A stretch of 64,000 bases of DNA from the human T2T-CHM13v2.0 reference genome, Homo sapiens, in the NCBI RefSeq assembly GCF_009914755.1, contig NC_060935.1; one strand, written 5' to 3'. Of the stretch, positions 25,093 to 37,867 are shown piece after piece; positions within the stretch are counted from its first letter, which is position 1, and each line of letters begins with the position of its first letter. The translations under genes and the position numbers were made by a program. The notes beneath the pieces are model-generated. The model was not told the DNA's origin and did not search any database. It worked only from the letters and a program-made list of their open reading frames with translations.

Positions 25093-25574
25093 TTCTAGAA
25101 GTTCAGACATAAATTAAGTATCATCCTGAGAGTCTCCAGGGATCACAGGAGGGGCAGACTAAAAGCCAATCTTAAATAGTGGGTACAGGGTACTGTATAA
25201 GTAAAATGGAGATGCCAATTAATTAATTCTACGTTAAGAGAATACAGAAAGCATATAAAAAACAATATTTTAGATGAATCTTAAAGAATACTAAAAATAT
25301 AACAGAAGTTTCCACTGAATGAGTGCTTTTAAGGTACCAGTCATTGGGCTAAACCCTTTCAATATATTATGAGAGAATATGTTGTTTATGAGCTTTGTGG
25401 GAGGAGGATCAAGATCTATAACCTCAACATCTATAACAATGCAAGGTACCTTTTAAGCCCTCAATAACTACATACTGGATAAACAGATGAATAGAAATAT
25501 CTTAGTTCTGTGTTTAGAAAGTAATAAATATTAAATAGTATTCATTGTTAATATGTCTTTTAGCACTAATATAT

Positions 25575-26730
25575 TATCAGGGGAACCCACCCCCAATATT
25601 TCAGTGTAGGTTCTTTCTATTTTCCCTGTGTCGGCCGGCTGAGAAATAAAGAGAAAGAGTACAAAGAGAGGAATTTTACAGCTGGGCCTCCGGGGGTGAC
25701 TTCACAAATCGGTAGGACTGTGATGCCCACCCGAGCCACAAAACCAGCAGGTTTTTATTAATGACTTCAAAAGGGGAGGGGGCGCAAGAACAAGGAGTAG
25801 GTAGGTCACAAAGATCACATGCTTCTGAGGCCAATAAAGATCACAAGACCAAGGGCAAAGCAAAGATCACAAGTCAAAGGGTGAAATCAAAAACTCCTGA
25901 TGAGGGTCTATGTTCAGCTGTGCACGTATTGTCTTGATAAACATCTTAAACAACAGAAAACGGGGTTTGAGAGCAGAGAACTGGTCTGACCTCAAATTTA
26001 CCAGAGCGGGATTTTTTCCCCACCCTAATAAGCCTGAGGGTACTGCAGGCGACAAGGGCATATTTCAGTCCTTATCTCAACCACGTAAGACAGACACTCC
26101 CAGGGCGGCCGTTTACAGACCTCCCCCTAGGAATGTAATTCTTTTCCTAGGGTCTTAACATTATATTCCTTGCTAGGAAAAGAATTTAGTGATATCTCTG
26201 CTACTTGCACATCCATTTACAGGCTCTCTGCAAGAAGAAAAATATGGCTCTTTTTGCCTGACCCTGCAGGCAGTCAGATCTTATGGTTGTCTTCCCTTGT
26301 TCCCTAAAATCACTGTTTTTCTGTTCTTTTTCAAGGTGCACTGATTTCATATTGTTCAAACACACATGTTTTACAGTCAGATTTCATATTGTTCAAACAC
26401 ACATTTTGCAATCAATTTGTACAGTTAACGCAATCATAGGGTCCTGAGGTGACATACATCCTCAGCTTATGAAGATAACAGGAATAAGAGATTAAAGTAA
26501 GACACGTGTAAGAAATTATAAAAGTATTAATTTTGGGAACTGATAAATGTACATATTAAAATGAAATCTTCACAATTTATGTTCAGAGATTTCAGTAAAG
26601 ACAGATGTAAGAAATTATAAAAGTATTAATTTTGGGAACTGATATACGTCCATGAAATCTTCACAATTTATGTTCCTCTGCCGCAGCTCCAGCCAGTCTC
26701 TCCATTCAGGATCCCTGACATCTCACAACA
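25575..26730 (-). mobile_element. MER11A-type (HERV-K11/HML-8) solo LTR
   Basis: 'ggggaacccacccccaatatttca...gagaaataaagagaaagagtacaaagagaggaattttacagctggg...atccctgacatctcacaaca'; perfect 6-bp TSD atatat, the size expected for class II ERVs. Confidence 0.92.
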
Positions 26731-27764
26731 ATATATGTTATATTAATTTTACTGGGCCATATACTCATAAGTTTTAAAACAAAGTGGTTTTGATTTCAAA
26801 GTTCAAGTTGCTAACAGTTAAGACTCAGAAATTTTATAAGAAAACAAGCTAGGAACAGGTAAAGGATAAAGTATTACAAATGAAAAAAACACACAACATA
26901 GGGCAAGTCATGAAGATAATAAGGGCTGTTGTGGGGTAGTCATGATTAGACTGCACCAGGACAGCATACATCAAAGGGCAGAACAATAACAATGCATCTG
27001 GAAAGGCAGGCTTCCATCCACTCACAGAGACCCTTATATACACTGCTAAGGTGTGCCTGGAATCAGGCTGTGGGAGGATTTACAGATGTGTTTCTTCTGC
27101 AGTTATTCCTTCTGTCTGTAGACATGGAATAAGAAACATCTTTGTCTCTGCTCAAGGCACATTGAGCAAGTAGTAAAAGAAAGGCAAGTGGGAAAAGAGG
27201 AAAAAAGGAAAATAAATGAGTTTAGATAGGACTTGCACGATAGATGTCCTGAGGGACAGGGAAAAGTAACCCTGTGTAAAAAAGCAAACTAAACTAACCA
27301 AACAGAAACAATGCACCCAAGAGCCTGACTATATAAAATACCAAAATATGTGATGCAAATATCATTGTCTAGTATCTTTCTTGTAACCAGTAATTCAGTA
27401 TTAAGATTTTTCTACATTTTCTGTCATTATCACCCTTTGTGCTAACAGTGTTTTTCATGACACAGGTGCTACAGGTGCAGACGTTTTGGCACCAAATAGT
27501 TAAGATGGTTGCCAGAAAGTCTTGCTACACAGCAAGCCTCCTAAGCTCAATCAGAGTCTAATCTTGACTTTTGACACTTAGCAAGTCTCCTTTTTTGTGA
27601 AACTCTTCAACTCCTCTTCACAGATGAAACCCTGAAATACATAATTTCGGCTTCACTGAATAGAGCCAATGACCAGAGGATACCAGTCAAGTCCATTTCT
27701 GATTTCTCTGTCTCAATTCTAATTAATCCTCAAGGACAACCTAGAATATTAAGAGGTTTCATGT

Positions 27765-27960
27765 GTTATGTAGTTACCGTGTAACAGGAACTTCATAAGT
27801 GATTTAAATATATCTCATGTAATCTTCTCCACAACTCTATGACTAAGAATTCTTCATTTTTTCTAATGAAAAAACTAAGTCTTAGAAATTCATTAATAAC
27901 TAAGATTTATTGAATAGAAAATATGTGGCTACAGGCATTTTGATTTTTTTAATGTATTAT
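27765..27960 (-). mobile_element. MIR SINE
   Basis: 'atctcatgtaatcttctccacaactctatga...ttttctaatgaaaaaactaagtcttagaaa'. Confidence 0.6.
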
Positions 27961-29507
27961 TTTATTGTATTCTATACCTTTTCTGTATACTCATCTTAAC
28001 TATCTTCTGACATATCTCTACTGAAGTCTTGCACAAAACAATTTACCTTCTACCTCCATTCTCCCAGGTTCTGAGCACCTTGTTCGTGCTCATGGAACCG
28101 TTATGAATAAACATTAGGAGTCAAGAAGGAACACATAAGAAAAGGAAGGAATTGGTTGGTAAGAAAGGATAGAAAGAAGAAGGTAATTAAGTTTATAACA
28201 ATTTAGTGGAAAAGAAAAATAGGTAAAATAATATGGGAAGCTCAATGTGGTCAGCTTTACTATAGAAGTAAGCACAAAATAAATAATACAGCAAAAGTAA
28301 AAGGCATTTACATCAGTCTGGGGATTCATGGAACACTTCCATGAAGATGCTTTGCCTTGGCTAAGTCTTACTATGTGAACAGTAGTTGCCTAGACAACAA
28401 AGAGGGAAGAGGTCATGGTCCACATGTTTGAATACAGTAGTAAAAATTCGAAGGTATTCATTAAATCTGAGAGCATTCCAACAACCATGCCTGTTGTTCA
28501 AGTGAAGACACCATTTCTACAGACCTCGGACTCACTTCTTAATCCTAGTAAACTAATGAGTAGGACTCAGTTATGAGGCACATTCAGGAGGGGATTTAGG
28601 TGAAGATACACAAAGAAAAAAGCCCATAAATTAAGGATGGGGCTTCAGCCAGATATGAACACTTTAGCACTTGGCCCTTTATTTTTTCAGCATCTCAGAT
28701 TACAGCCTGAAATGCTGAGTATTAACTACAGCATGGTTCCTACTAAAAATCTCCTAGTTGGCTTGTGGTTTCAATCCTGGTGGAACAGGCTGCCTTATGA
28801 AGACACTTCTTAGAATCATCAAAAAATGCACAGAAAACTGGTTATTATCAACGGCCTAACATTGAAAAGTGTATTGAAGTTATTTATAAACAGATGTTAA
28901 TTCTTCAGCAAAACAATAAAGACCTTGAGGTTTGGGCCCAAATTTACACATCTCTTTCCCCCATGTTGCAACATTTGGTGTCATGTCCCTAGTAAAGTCT
29001 TCGAGAATAAATGCTTCCTTAATTAATTAAACATGAAGAGGTTGATTCTTCTCTCTCCAAACCACAGTTTTCTAAAAGGGTATAATATGCTTTTTGCTCA
29101 CTTACTACAAAGGTTGTATAAGACATTTTAGCCAAAAAATAAATAAATAAAACTAGCATAAAAATTGCTTAAGGAAAAAAGATATAAAGCCATTACTCAA
29201 GGAGTCACAACAATGGTAGTAAAGGCTAAATATTGGTGGAATATGTTAATCACGGAAATGGGTACAGACAGACCAAGGATTAGAACAAAAAAACAGAAGA
29301 GCTGAGGGAGCAAAAAGAAGAAACAAAGAAAGCCAGCTTGTTAGAGTCAGTGAAAGATTATAGTACTACTGAACATTGAAATATTTACTATGGGATTCAT
29401 GACCTTTCCCCCATGCTATAGACATATTTTATGCTTAGGACAAAATAAGAGACCACAGTGATACAGGAGCCTTAAGAAAAATGCAATGGATCAAAATTTA
29501 AGTTAGC

Positions 29508-30200
29508 ACTTCAGCAAACATTTATTATGTATCTACTCTGGACTGAGAACTGTGTTAGGCTGTAAAAATACAAAGATGAATGGGACAGAGACAAAGAAGC
29601 TCATAGCTTACTGGGGTGAAATGACATGCACTATAGCTTTTTGTTAACAGTGTGATAAGTGCAATAATAGAAGTATATGTGCAGTGCTTTAGAAACAATG
29701 AGCAAAGAACAGTTTAATCTATCTGGGGGAGTCTAGGGAACAAAAGGTTAGAAAAGCAATGGCATTTGCACTTTGTCTTGAAGGTTGAGAAAATGTTTTC
29801 CCAGTGGACAATGGGGATTGAGGGGAATATTTTCTAGGCAAAGTCTAGACCATATGCAAAAGCGATGAAGCATACACGTTTGGTGTGTTGGAAAAGGCTG
29901 TTAATAAAAGTAGCAGAATATGGCTGAAGCATTTGCTACTTACAGTTTAAGAAGGAAAAGTAAGTAAGCAATAGCTGGGTTATAAAGGCTCTAAGTAACG
30001 TGTAAAGGAATGTGGACTTATATTTTTTCTCTAGTCAAAATATTAGAAGCTTTAAATTGAGAAGATGTGATCAGAGTATGCTTTAGAAAAAAATACTATA
30101 GTGCTTTGGTAAAAATAAACTATGCTTGGTGAGGTCTTAAGGAGATGGAGGCAGGGAGGTCTCTTAGGTAATCTTTTTTAGTAAATTCAAACCAAGAAAA
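29508..30200 (-). mobile_element. L2 fragment
   Basis: 'ttcagcaaacatttattatgtatctact...tgtgttaggctgtaaaaatacaaagatgaat'. Confidence 0.75.
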
Positions 30201-32439
30201 AAGGGAAACGAATGAAGATCTCCGCAGAGCCATTTATGACACTTGCTACTGCCCTTTTAAGAAAACTCTAGGTATTTAGTTTTGTAGATATTTGTAGATA
30301 ACACTATGTAAATGCACTTGTGGCCACCACTATATAAAATGCGTGTAATTTGAATGTTTTATAAAATGGTTTTGCTTTCATCTCATTATTCCTACCCAGC
30401 ATATAAATATCTAATAGATAGCTGTTGTGTAAATAAATGCAAGTGTCCATATGAAACTATGCCCAAAGATTTTGCTCTGCGAGCACGAATACTAGACAAT
30501 ATGAAGAGACCATTTACATTAGAGACACCTATGTTTGGTGGACACACTGAGCATGTGAAATGCCAGCAATAGCTGAGGTGCCTGATTTTTGTCAATAGCA
30601 ATACCTTTTGAGTAGAAAAACTAAGTATCACATATTATAAAGACTAGGTGAATGGAGTGCTAAGCATTATTTTTAAAAATGTATCAACTCAACAATTTGT
30701 TCCCGTGGACTAAAAATCCCATGGTTGTGAGTAGTATTGCCTTAAATGAAGAATACACTGGGTGATAGATACCACCCTTGGTTCCACTTTAGCATACCCA
30801 TTTAAATTAGAAAAAAAAATGCACTTTATTTTCATCTTAATATATAATTTACCATGGCTTTTTGGTTTTAGACCATTTTTATACAGTGTTCTTTCTTGGC
30901 ATAATATTCCCATATTTATCAACATGAGAAATATTATGAAGCCAAGTAGAACTGTTTACAAATCCCAGGGATTCTCCTCAACAATTGTTTGACCTAGAGA
31001 GTGACTAAATTTCTTTAACTCTAAGTTCATTTTCAGCAAAGTGGGACTTACACCGCACGCCCATTTTTGGAGACAGCAAATGAGATAATACAAGGAAAAT
31101 GCCTAATACCCTTCTTGTGCACATGTAAGGGTTTAAAATTCTTCTTTCTCCCTTTTCCTCTTTCATTGCTCTTATTTCCCTTCATGCCTCCCTACATGTA
31201 TGTCTTTTCTAAAACAAACAGCAACTGGAAAGCAAAATTGTCATGAAGTTCAGAGAAAGTTCAAGTAATTAGACTGTGCTTATATTTGACCTCAAATTAA
31301 AAGCCCTGACTTCTTGAAAAAAGCCCCGGATATTTGAGAAATAATTCAAATACCTAAAGCTTTTCCTGGCTCAGGTAATAGATTTTACCAAATAATGATT
31401 TTGAGGAACAAAGTGCTAAGGCTCTTTATGTATCTGCCTGATCAATATAGTTATGTTAGGACTTTGCATTTCAGGAGCAAAATAAACTTTGGAAGTCTCA
31501 GTTCAGCCAAGAATAACACTCCCAAACTATCCACTGACCAATAAATTTGCTTTGCCAGGTTCTAAACAAGAGAGCAAATATGTGTTCTGCTTAGCTATGA
31601 GATAACTTTCTCTCTGACCTGGAGATAGCAGTGGAATTATGGTCTCCAAAAGCCTTGTTAAATACCTTCCAATCCCTCAAAGCATTTGGCGTGGCATGTT
31701 TGTTTAATTTGATTTTAACCCAGTGTTAATGGTTTTGTTCCAATCCTAGTGGCTCAAATCCTTTAGCCTGAACTTGTTTATTATAAAGTGTCTGTGATCA
31801 ATTTTGCATAGAACCACTATTTAAAGTAAGAAAGAGCTGGATCCCATAATGACATTGCTAATCTACTAGTTAAACTTTCATTCAGTAATATTCAGTTGGC
31901 ACTTTCCTAATGTCACCCTGACAGTAAATCCTATACCACTGCTAGAGACCTAAAAGTCCTTGAAAGTGTATTACATAATCTTTATTTCTAGAAACATTTC
32001 TGTTTTTGTCTAAGAGAAAGAATAAAATTATTTCAAGAAAAGTTACAGCTGAGTTGGGAATTGAAGAAAATCTGGCCTTGATGTGTTAGTAATGATTATC
32101 AAAAGAAACTGGGGACTGGAAGGAAATAAAGTGAGAAAAGATGGTAGAAAAAAGAATAGTTGTTTTCTGAAATTCATTCTGAGGTGAGGGGGAAAGCTGA
32201 CGAGAAATATATTTAGTTTCTGGCAGACAATTGTCAGCAGAGGGGAAGAAGCTGACTATGCCATGAAAAATGATGTTGCTCAATTTTAATCAGAATGGAC
32301 CTACAGCAGACACTGTTAGGGCTGATTACATAAAATTATTTGCTATCTCTTCAAGGCCACTCCCTAAAAACCTGCTCCTAGTTCCACTGTCACTCACAAG
32401 GGCATGTGGTAATGATATCCCCATAGGTTCCCAAACCAG

Positions 32440-33245
32440 CCATCTGGACACATCCCTGAGCTTTCTCCCTCTTCTTCTGCATCCTGTCATCATCAAGTTA
32501 CGTTGAAATAGTCTAGAATACTTTCTAGAATATTCTCAAAACCTATTCACTGTCTGATATCTCCACTACTACTGATCTAGACCAGTACATCATTACTTCT
32601 TGATCAAATTATTGCAGAAGCCTTGTATCTTCTTGTCTATTCCAACCAGCTCTGATACAGAGCCTGCAGACAGAGTAGCCCTAAGTACACCTAGAATTAT
32701 CTCAGTTTTCTTCTATTTATGACCTGTCAACACCTTCCAATTTATCTCAGAATAAAGTCTAATGTCTTTAATATCATTCTGCATTATCTGGCTAAGACTT
32801 CCCACCCTCATCATGAACCTTCACAGAAATTCACACTATACTAAATTTATTTCACCTCTTTGACCTCTCCATAAGCTTTCCTTTCTCTATGCCTTTTTGC
32901 ATGCCTTTCCCTTTGCCTGAAACGAAACAAAACGAAACAAATTTCTTCCTTCCCCATGTCCCTCAGGTCTTAGCTGAGCCATCAATCACTCAGAAAAACC
33001 TTCTTGACCACACCAGATCTGGTCAGTTGTTCTTCTGAGAGGCTCTCACATTATCCTATACTTCCCTTAATTAGTATATAACAAACTTGTTTATCCTGTT
33101 GCAAGTCTACTCATCTGTATCTTTCATTAACTACTAAGCTCTTCAAGAAAAGAAGCTAAGTCTATTTGTTATTATACCCTCAACAATTAGAACAGTGCCC
33201 GGCACATAATAAAGTTTCAATAATTATTAGTGAAATAAATGACTA
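32440..33245 (+). mobile_element. L2a 3' fragment
   Basis: Pyrimidine-rich body ending 'tagaacagtgcccggcacataataaagtttcaataattattagtgaaataaatga'. Confidence 0.75.
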
Positions 33246-33969
33246 AGAAAATCCTGTGTACTAGGCTTCTGGTAAGATAAACTGTGCTTGAATTCATATG
33301 GGAATTTCTATGTTTATATATGGCCAGGCTAAGTAGATTATAAATAGATAACCTAAAACTTTTATTATCTCAAAACTTTGAACTTGTAGATAACTCTGCT
33401 TTTTTTCCCAACTACAAATGTATGCAGTTTAACCATATAATCTTCTCTGATCCATAGAAAATATCTAGGCCTATTATTTTTTATTTATTTATATTTTAGT
33501 TTTTTTAACTTTTATTTTAGCTTCAGGGTTACATGGGCTGGTTTTTTATATAGGTAAACTTGTGTGACAGGTGTTTGTTATGTGAATTATTTTGTCATCT
33601 GGGTACTAGGTCTAGTAGCAGATAGTTATTTTTTCTGATCCTCTCTTTCTCTTTCATCCTCCACCATCAAGTAGACCCCAGTGTCTCTTGTTCCCCTCTT
33701 TGTATCCATGTGTTCTCATTATTTAGCTGCCACTTATAAGTGAGAACATGCAGTATTTGGTTTTCTGTTCCTGCATTAGTTTGCTAAGGATAATGGCCTA
33801 CAGCTCCAACCATGTTCCTGCAAAGAACATGATCTCATTCTTTTTTATGGCTCCATAGTATTCTATGGTGTATATGTACCGCATTTTCTTTATCCAATCT
33901 GCCACTGATGGACATTTAAGTTGATTCCATGTATTTGCTATTGTGAATACTGCAATGAACATACACCTG

Positions 33970-34515
33970 TGATATGGTTTGGATCTTTTCCCCCACCCAA
34001 ATTTTATGTCAAATTGTAATCCCTAATGTTGGAGGGGATCTCCATGGAGATGGGGTCTGGAGGTGGGGTCTGGCAGGAGGTGAATAGATCATGGAGGTGG
34101 GGTCTGGTGGGAGGTGACTAGATCATGGAGGTGGGGTCTGGCAGGAGGTGACTAGATCATGGAGGTGGGGTCTGGTGGGAGGTGACTAGATCATGGAGGT
34201 GGATACTTCATGAATGGTTTAGCACCAGCCAATTGCTGCTCTTCTCAAGGTAGTAAGTGAGTTATTATGAGATCTGTTGTTTAAAAATGTGTAGTACCTC
34301 TGCCCTGTCTCCTTGCTCCTGCTCCAGCCATGTAATATATGCCTGCTTTCCCCTCACCTTCTGCCATGATTGCAAGTTTCCTGGGGCCTCCACAGAAGCA
34401 GAAGACACTATGGTTCCTGTACAGCCCACAGAAACTGAGACAGTTAAACCTCTTTTCTTTATAAATTACCCAGTCTCAGCTATTTCTTTATAGCAATGTG
34501 AATATAGACTTAAAA
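33970..34515 (+). mobile_element. MSTA-type MaLR solo LTR with internal minisatellite
   Basis: tgatatggtttggatc...ttctgccatgattgcaagtttcctg...ttaaacctcttttctttataaattacccagtctcag. Confidence 0.9.
34058..34203. repeat. 34-bp tandem repeat x4.3 (tggaggtggggtctgg[ca/tg]ggaggtgactagatca)
   Basis: Units start at 34058, 34092, 34126, 34160 and 34194 (partial). Confidence 0.95.
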
Positions 34516-36568
34516 AGCATGTATATGTCTTTATGACAGAACAACTTATATTCCTTTGAGTATGTACCCAGTGATAAGGTTTCTGGGTCGAATGATAATT
34601 CTGTTTTTAGCCCTAAAGAATTGCCATACTGCTTTCCACAATGGTTGAACTAATTCACACTCCCACCAACAGTGTGTAAGAGTTCCCTTTTCTCTACCAC
34701 CTCACCAGCATCTGTTATTTTTCTGAGTTTTTAATTATAGCCATTCTGACTGATGTGAGGATATCTCATTGTAGTTTTGATTTGCATTTCTGTAAGGATC
34801 AGTGATATTGAGCTATTTTTCATATGCTTGTTGGCCGCATAAATGTCTTCTGAATATGACTCATAAGTATGTCTTCTGCATATGGTTTCAATCTTCTGCA
34901 TATGGCTAGCCAGTTATCCTAGCACCATTTATTGAAAATAAAGTCCTTTCCCCATTTCTTGTTTTTGTCAGCTTTGTCGAAGATCAGATAGTTGTAGGTT
35001 TGCAGCCTTATTTCTGGATTCTCTATTCTGTCCCATTGGTCTATGCATCTGGTTTTGTACCACTACCACACTGTTTTGGTTACTGTAGCCCTGTAGTATA
35101 GTTTGAATTTGGGTAACATGATGCCTCCAGCTTTATTCTTTTGCTTAGAATTGCCTTGGCTATTCCAGCTCTTCTTTGATTCTGTATAAATTGTAAAATA
35201 CTTTTTTCTAGTTCTGTGAATAATATCATTGGTAGTTTGATAGGAGTAGCATTGACTCTGTAAATTGCTTTGAGCATTATGGCCATTTTAGTAATACTGA
35301 TTCTTTCTGTCCATGAGCATGGAATGTTTTTTCATTTGTTTGCATCATCTCTGATTTCTTTGAACAGTGTTTTATAATTCTCATTGTAGAGATCTTTCAC
35401 CTCCAAGTTTAGCTGCATTCCTAAGCATTTTATTGTTTTTGTGGCAATTGTGAATGGAATTGTGCTCCTAATTTGCCTCTCAGCTTGGCTATTAGTGTAT
35501 AGGAATGCCAATGATTTTTGAATGTTGATTTTTGTATCCCAAAACTTTGCTAAAGTTGTTTATCAGCTTAAGGAGCTTTTGGGCCAAGACTGAGGCTTTC
35601 TAGATATATGTGAGAAAATATTTTAAATGGTCCACTTTCAAGGTGTGATAAATCTAAGCACAGCAAGCCAGGCTGCAGATGTAACACATCTCATGGCTCA
35701 TGCTCCTAGAAAGTCATGATAAGTGAACAGAATATAGAGGAGGCATCAGCCCATAAAAGAAAAGAAAGTTTTGTTATTGGGAAATCGAGAGTTAAGTGGG
35801 GAAGGGGACCAGGATATAACCTTATAAGGAGGATAATAAAACTTAGGCAACATCTAGGAAGATTGTAACCCTATAGTACTCAGCCAATGAAGAACTAGGG
35901 GAGGGACTTGTGTGATAGGCGATAAATTACCTGCTGTAAGTGCCTTGGGTGTGCCTGCCTATCAGACACCTGATCTTGCAAGGCCCCTACTAAAAGTCTC
36001 ACTTTTGCTGTTCTTGGTGCCTCTGAGTCCATTCTTTGGGTTTGGACAAGTGAGCATGTCTCTCACAAATCTGGAGTCCCATCCGGGATTTCTGTGAGAG
36101 GGAAGATGCATCCCACCGGATTTAGGTGACCCACTCTCTCCGGGTGTCCCAGCTCCCCTCAGAGGCCATAGACAACACTGAGACTGTTATTCAGGAGGCA
36201 ATGGAGGCAACACAGGGAGAAAAGCGGCACCGCAGCACCAGGCAACCTCATGCATGAGCCAAGTTAGGAAAATTGTACTGAGAGTACTACTTTGATGGCT
36301 GGGCATTTTCAGAGGTTGAGTGTGTGTGACTCAGATGTATCCAAGGTATGAAGTGTAGAGTCCCAATCTGTGGTTTGGTTCTCCCACAAGGGAAATGGCT
36401 GGAGATGGACGAAGCAATTCTCGAGGTGTGTAAGAAACCTCCAGTAGGGGGATTGAGTACACAGGCAAAAGTTCAGACACACAAAGCGATTTTTGGGGTG
36501 TGCAAGAAACCTCCAGTAGGGGGGAGTTGAGTACACAGGGAAAGGCTCAGACACAGAGACTGATCAAA

Positions 36569-37765
36569 ATGGGAAACAGGAATTCTAGGCCTAGGGAACA
36601 AAGGAAAGAGGGAGCCAAAGAGACTCCCTCTGACATTCCCCCAGGTAGTCCTTTGGGGAGAATGCTGCAAGTTTGGAGGGACAACCCTCACACCAGGGAA
36701 AAAGAAAGCAAAATATGATAAAGTATTGCTGTTTTATCTGGCCCAAAGACCCCATTTGTTAGCCTTCAGTCTTTTGGCCTAAGTTTGGCTCAGATGAGGA
36801 TTGGGTTTGCCAAGGTTTAATTCTCTATGTGAATGATAAAATCCCATCCCCACAAGAAGAGATAGGTTATGCTCTCTACTGGATCAAGGAATTAGCCCCC
36901 ATGTTCCCCCACAAAGAAGAAGAAAAAAAGCCTAGTGAAGAGCCCTCACCCAGTGAAAAGCCCTGGGACCCCCATCATGCTTGCCTCTGCCTACAGCTCA
37001 CAAAACAGCAGACAAGAAGATCAAGGGGCAGCAGGAGGGTTAGAGGAAGAAAGATCTGGTGACCATGGGGGAGCCAAACCAACTGTTTTGCTCCTTTAGA
37101 TTCTTATCCAAATTTAATAAAAGAATTAGAACAGTGTAAGAGGGATATTCAGAACTTCCCTATCTCTTCCAAGCAGCAGACATCTAGCATATTTCCACTT
37201 AGGAAAGTTCCCATGGGACCAGGAGAGATTGGCTTTGTAAATGATCCTCTTAAGTACTGAAGTTAGGAATTTCAAGAAGGAAATAAAACTACTCATAGAA
37301 GATCCCCTCTGTTTAGCAGACCAGCTGGACCAATTCCTAGGACCCAGCTTTTACACCTGGGTTGAAATGATGTCTATCATGAATGATACCTATCATGAAT
37401 GTTCACAGGTGAAGAAAGGGGAATGATTAGGAGAGCGGTCATGACCATCTGGAAGAGGCAACACCATCCCAGGCAAAGAGTCTTGCCAGCCGAAAAAAAT
37501 TTCCAAATGTCAATCCTGAATGGGATTATAATGATCCTAGGGACTGGGCCCAAATGCAGGACCTCAGGGAACTAACTAAAGGGATCAAAAAGTCCACTGT
37601 TAGGACACAAAATGTCTCAAAGGCATTTGAGATTCAACAAGAAGAAAAGGAAACTTCCTCTGCATTCCTGCAGCAGCTCAGAGATCAGATGAGAAAATAC
37701 TTCAGATTCAATCTAGAGCATCCAGTAGAGCAAGGCCTTTTGAAGGTTAATTTTGTAACTAAGCT
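36569..37765 (+). pseudogene. gag: Retroviral gag relic (MA to CA), with stops and frameshifts
   Basis: MGNRNSRPREQ...DIPPGSPLGRML; WPKFGS-type motif; MHR-like IQQEEKETSSAFLQQLRDQMRKY; ends at LLKVNFVTK with no NC zinc knuckle. Confidence 0.9.
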
Positions 37766-37867
37766 GACCTTGCAGGCCAGGGAGTGCAGCTGCAGGCATG
37801 GAGGCAACAAGAGCCACATAGCCAGAGTAGACAGCAGAGATAAAGGTGGACAATGTAAAGAGCTAGT

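Noticed and set aside
26340-26680. Internal tandem duplications in the MER11 LTR
   Set aside because: As I recall, such duplications are characteristic of MER11 subfamily consensus sequences, so they are not treated as locus-specific.
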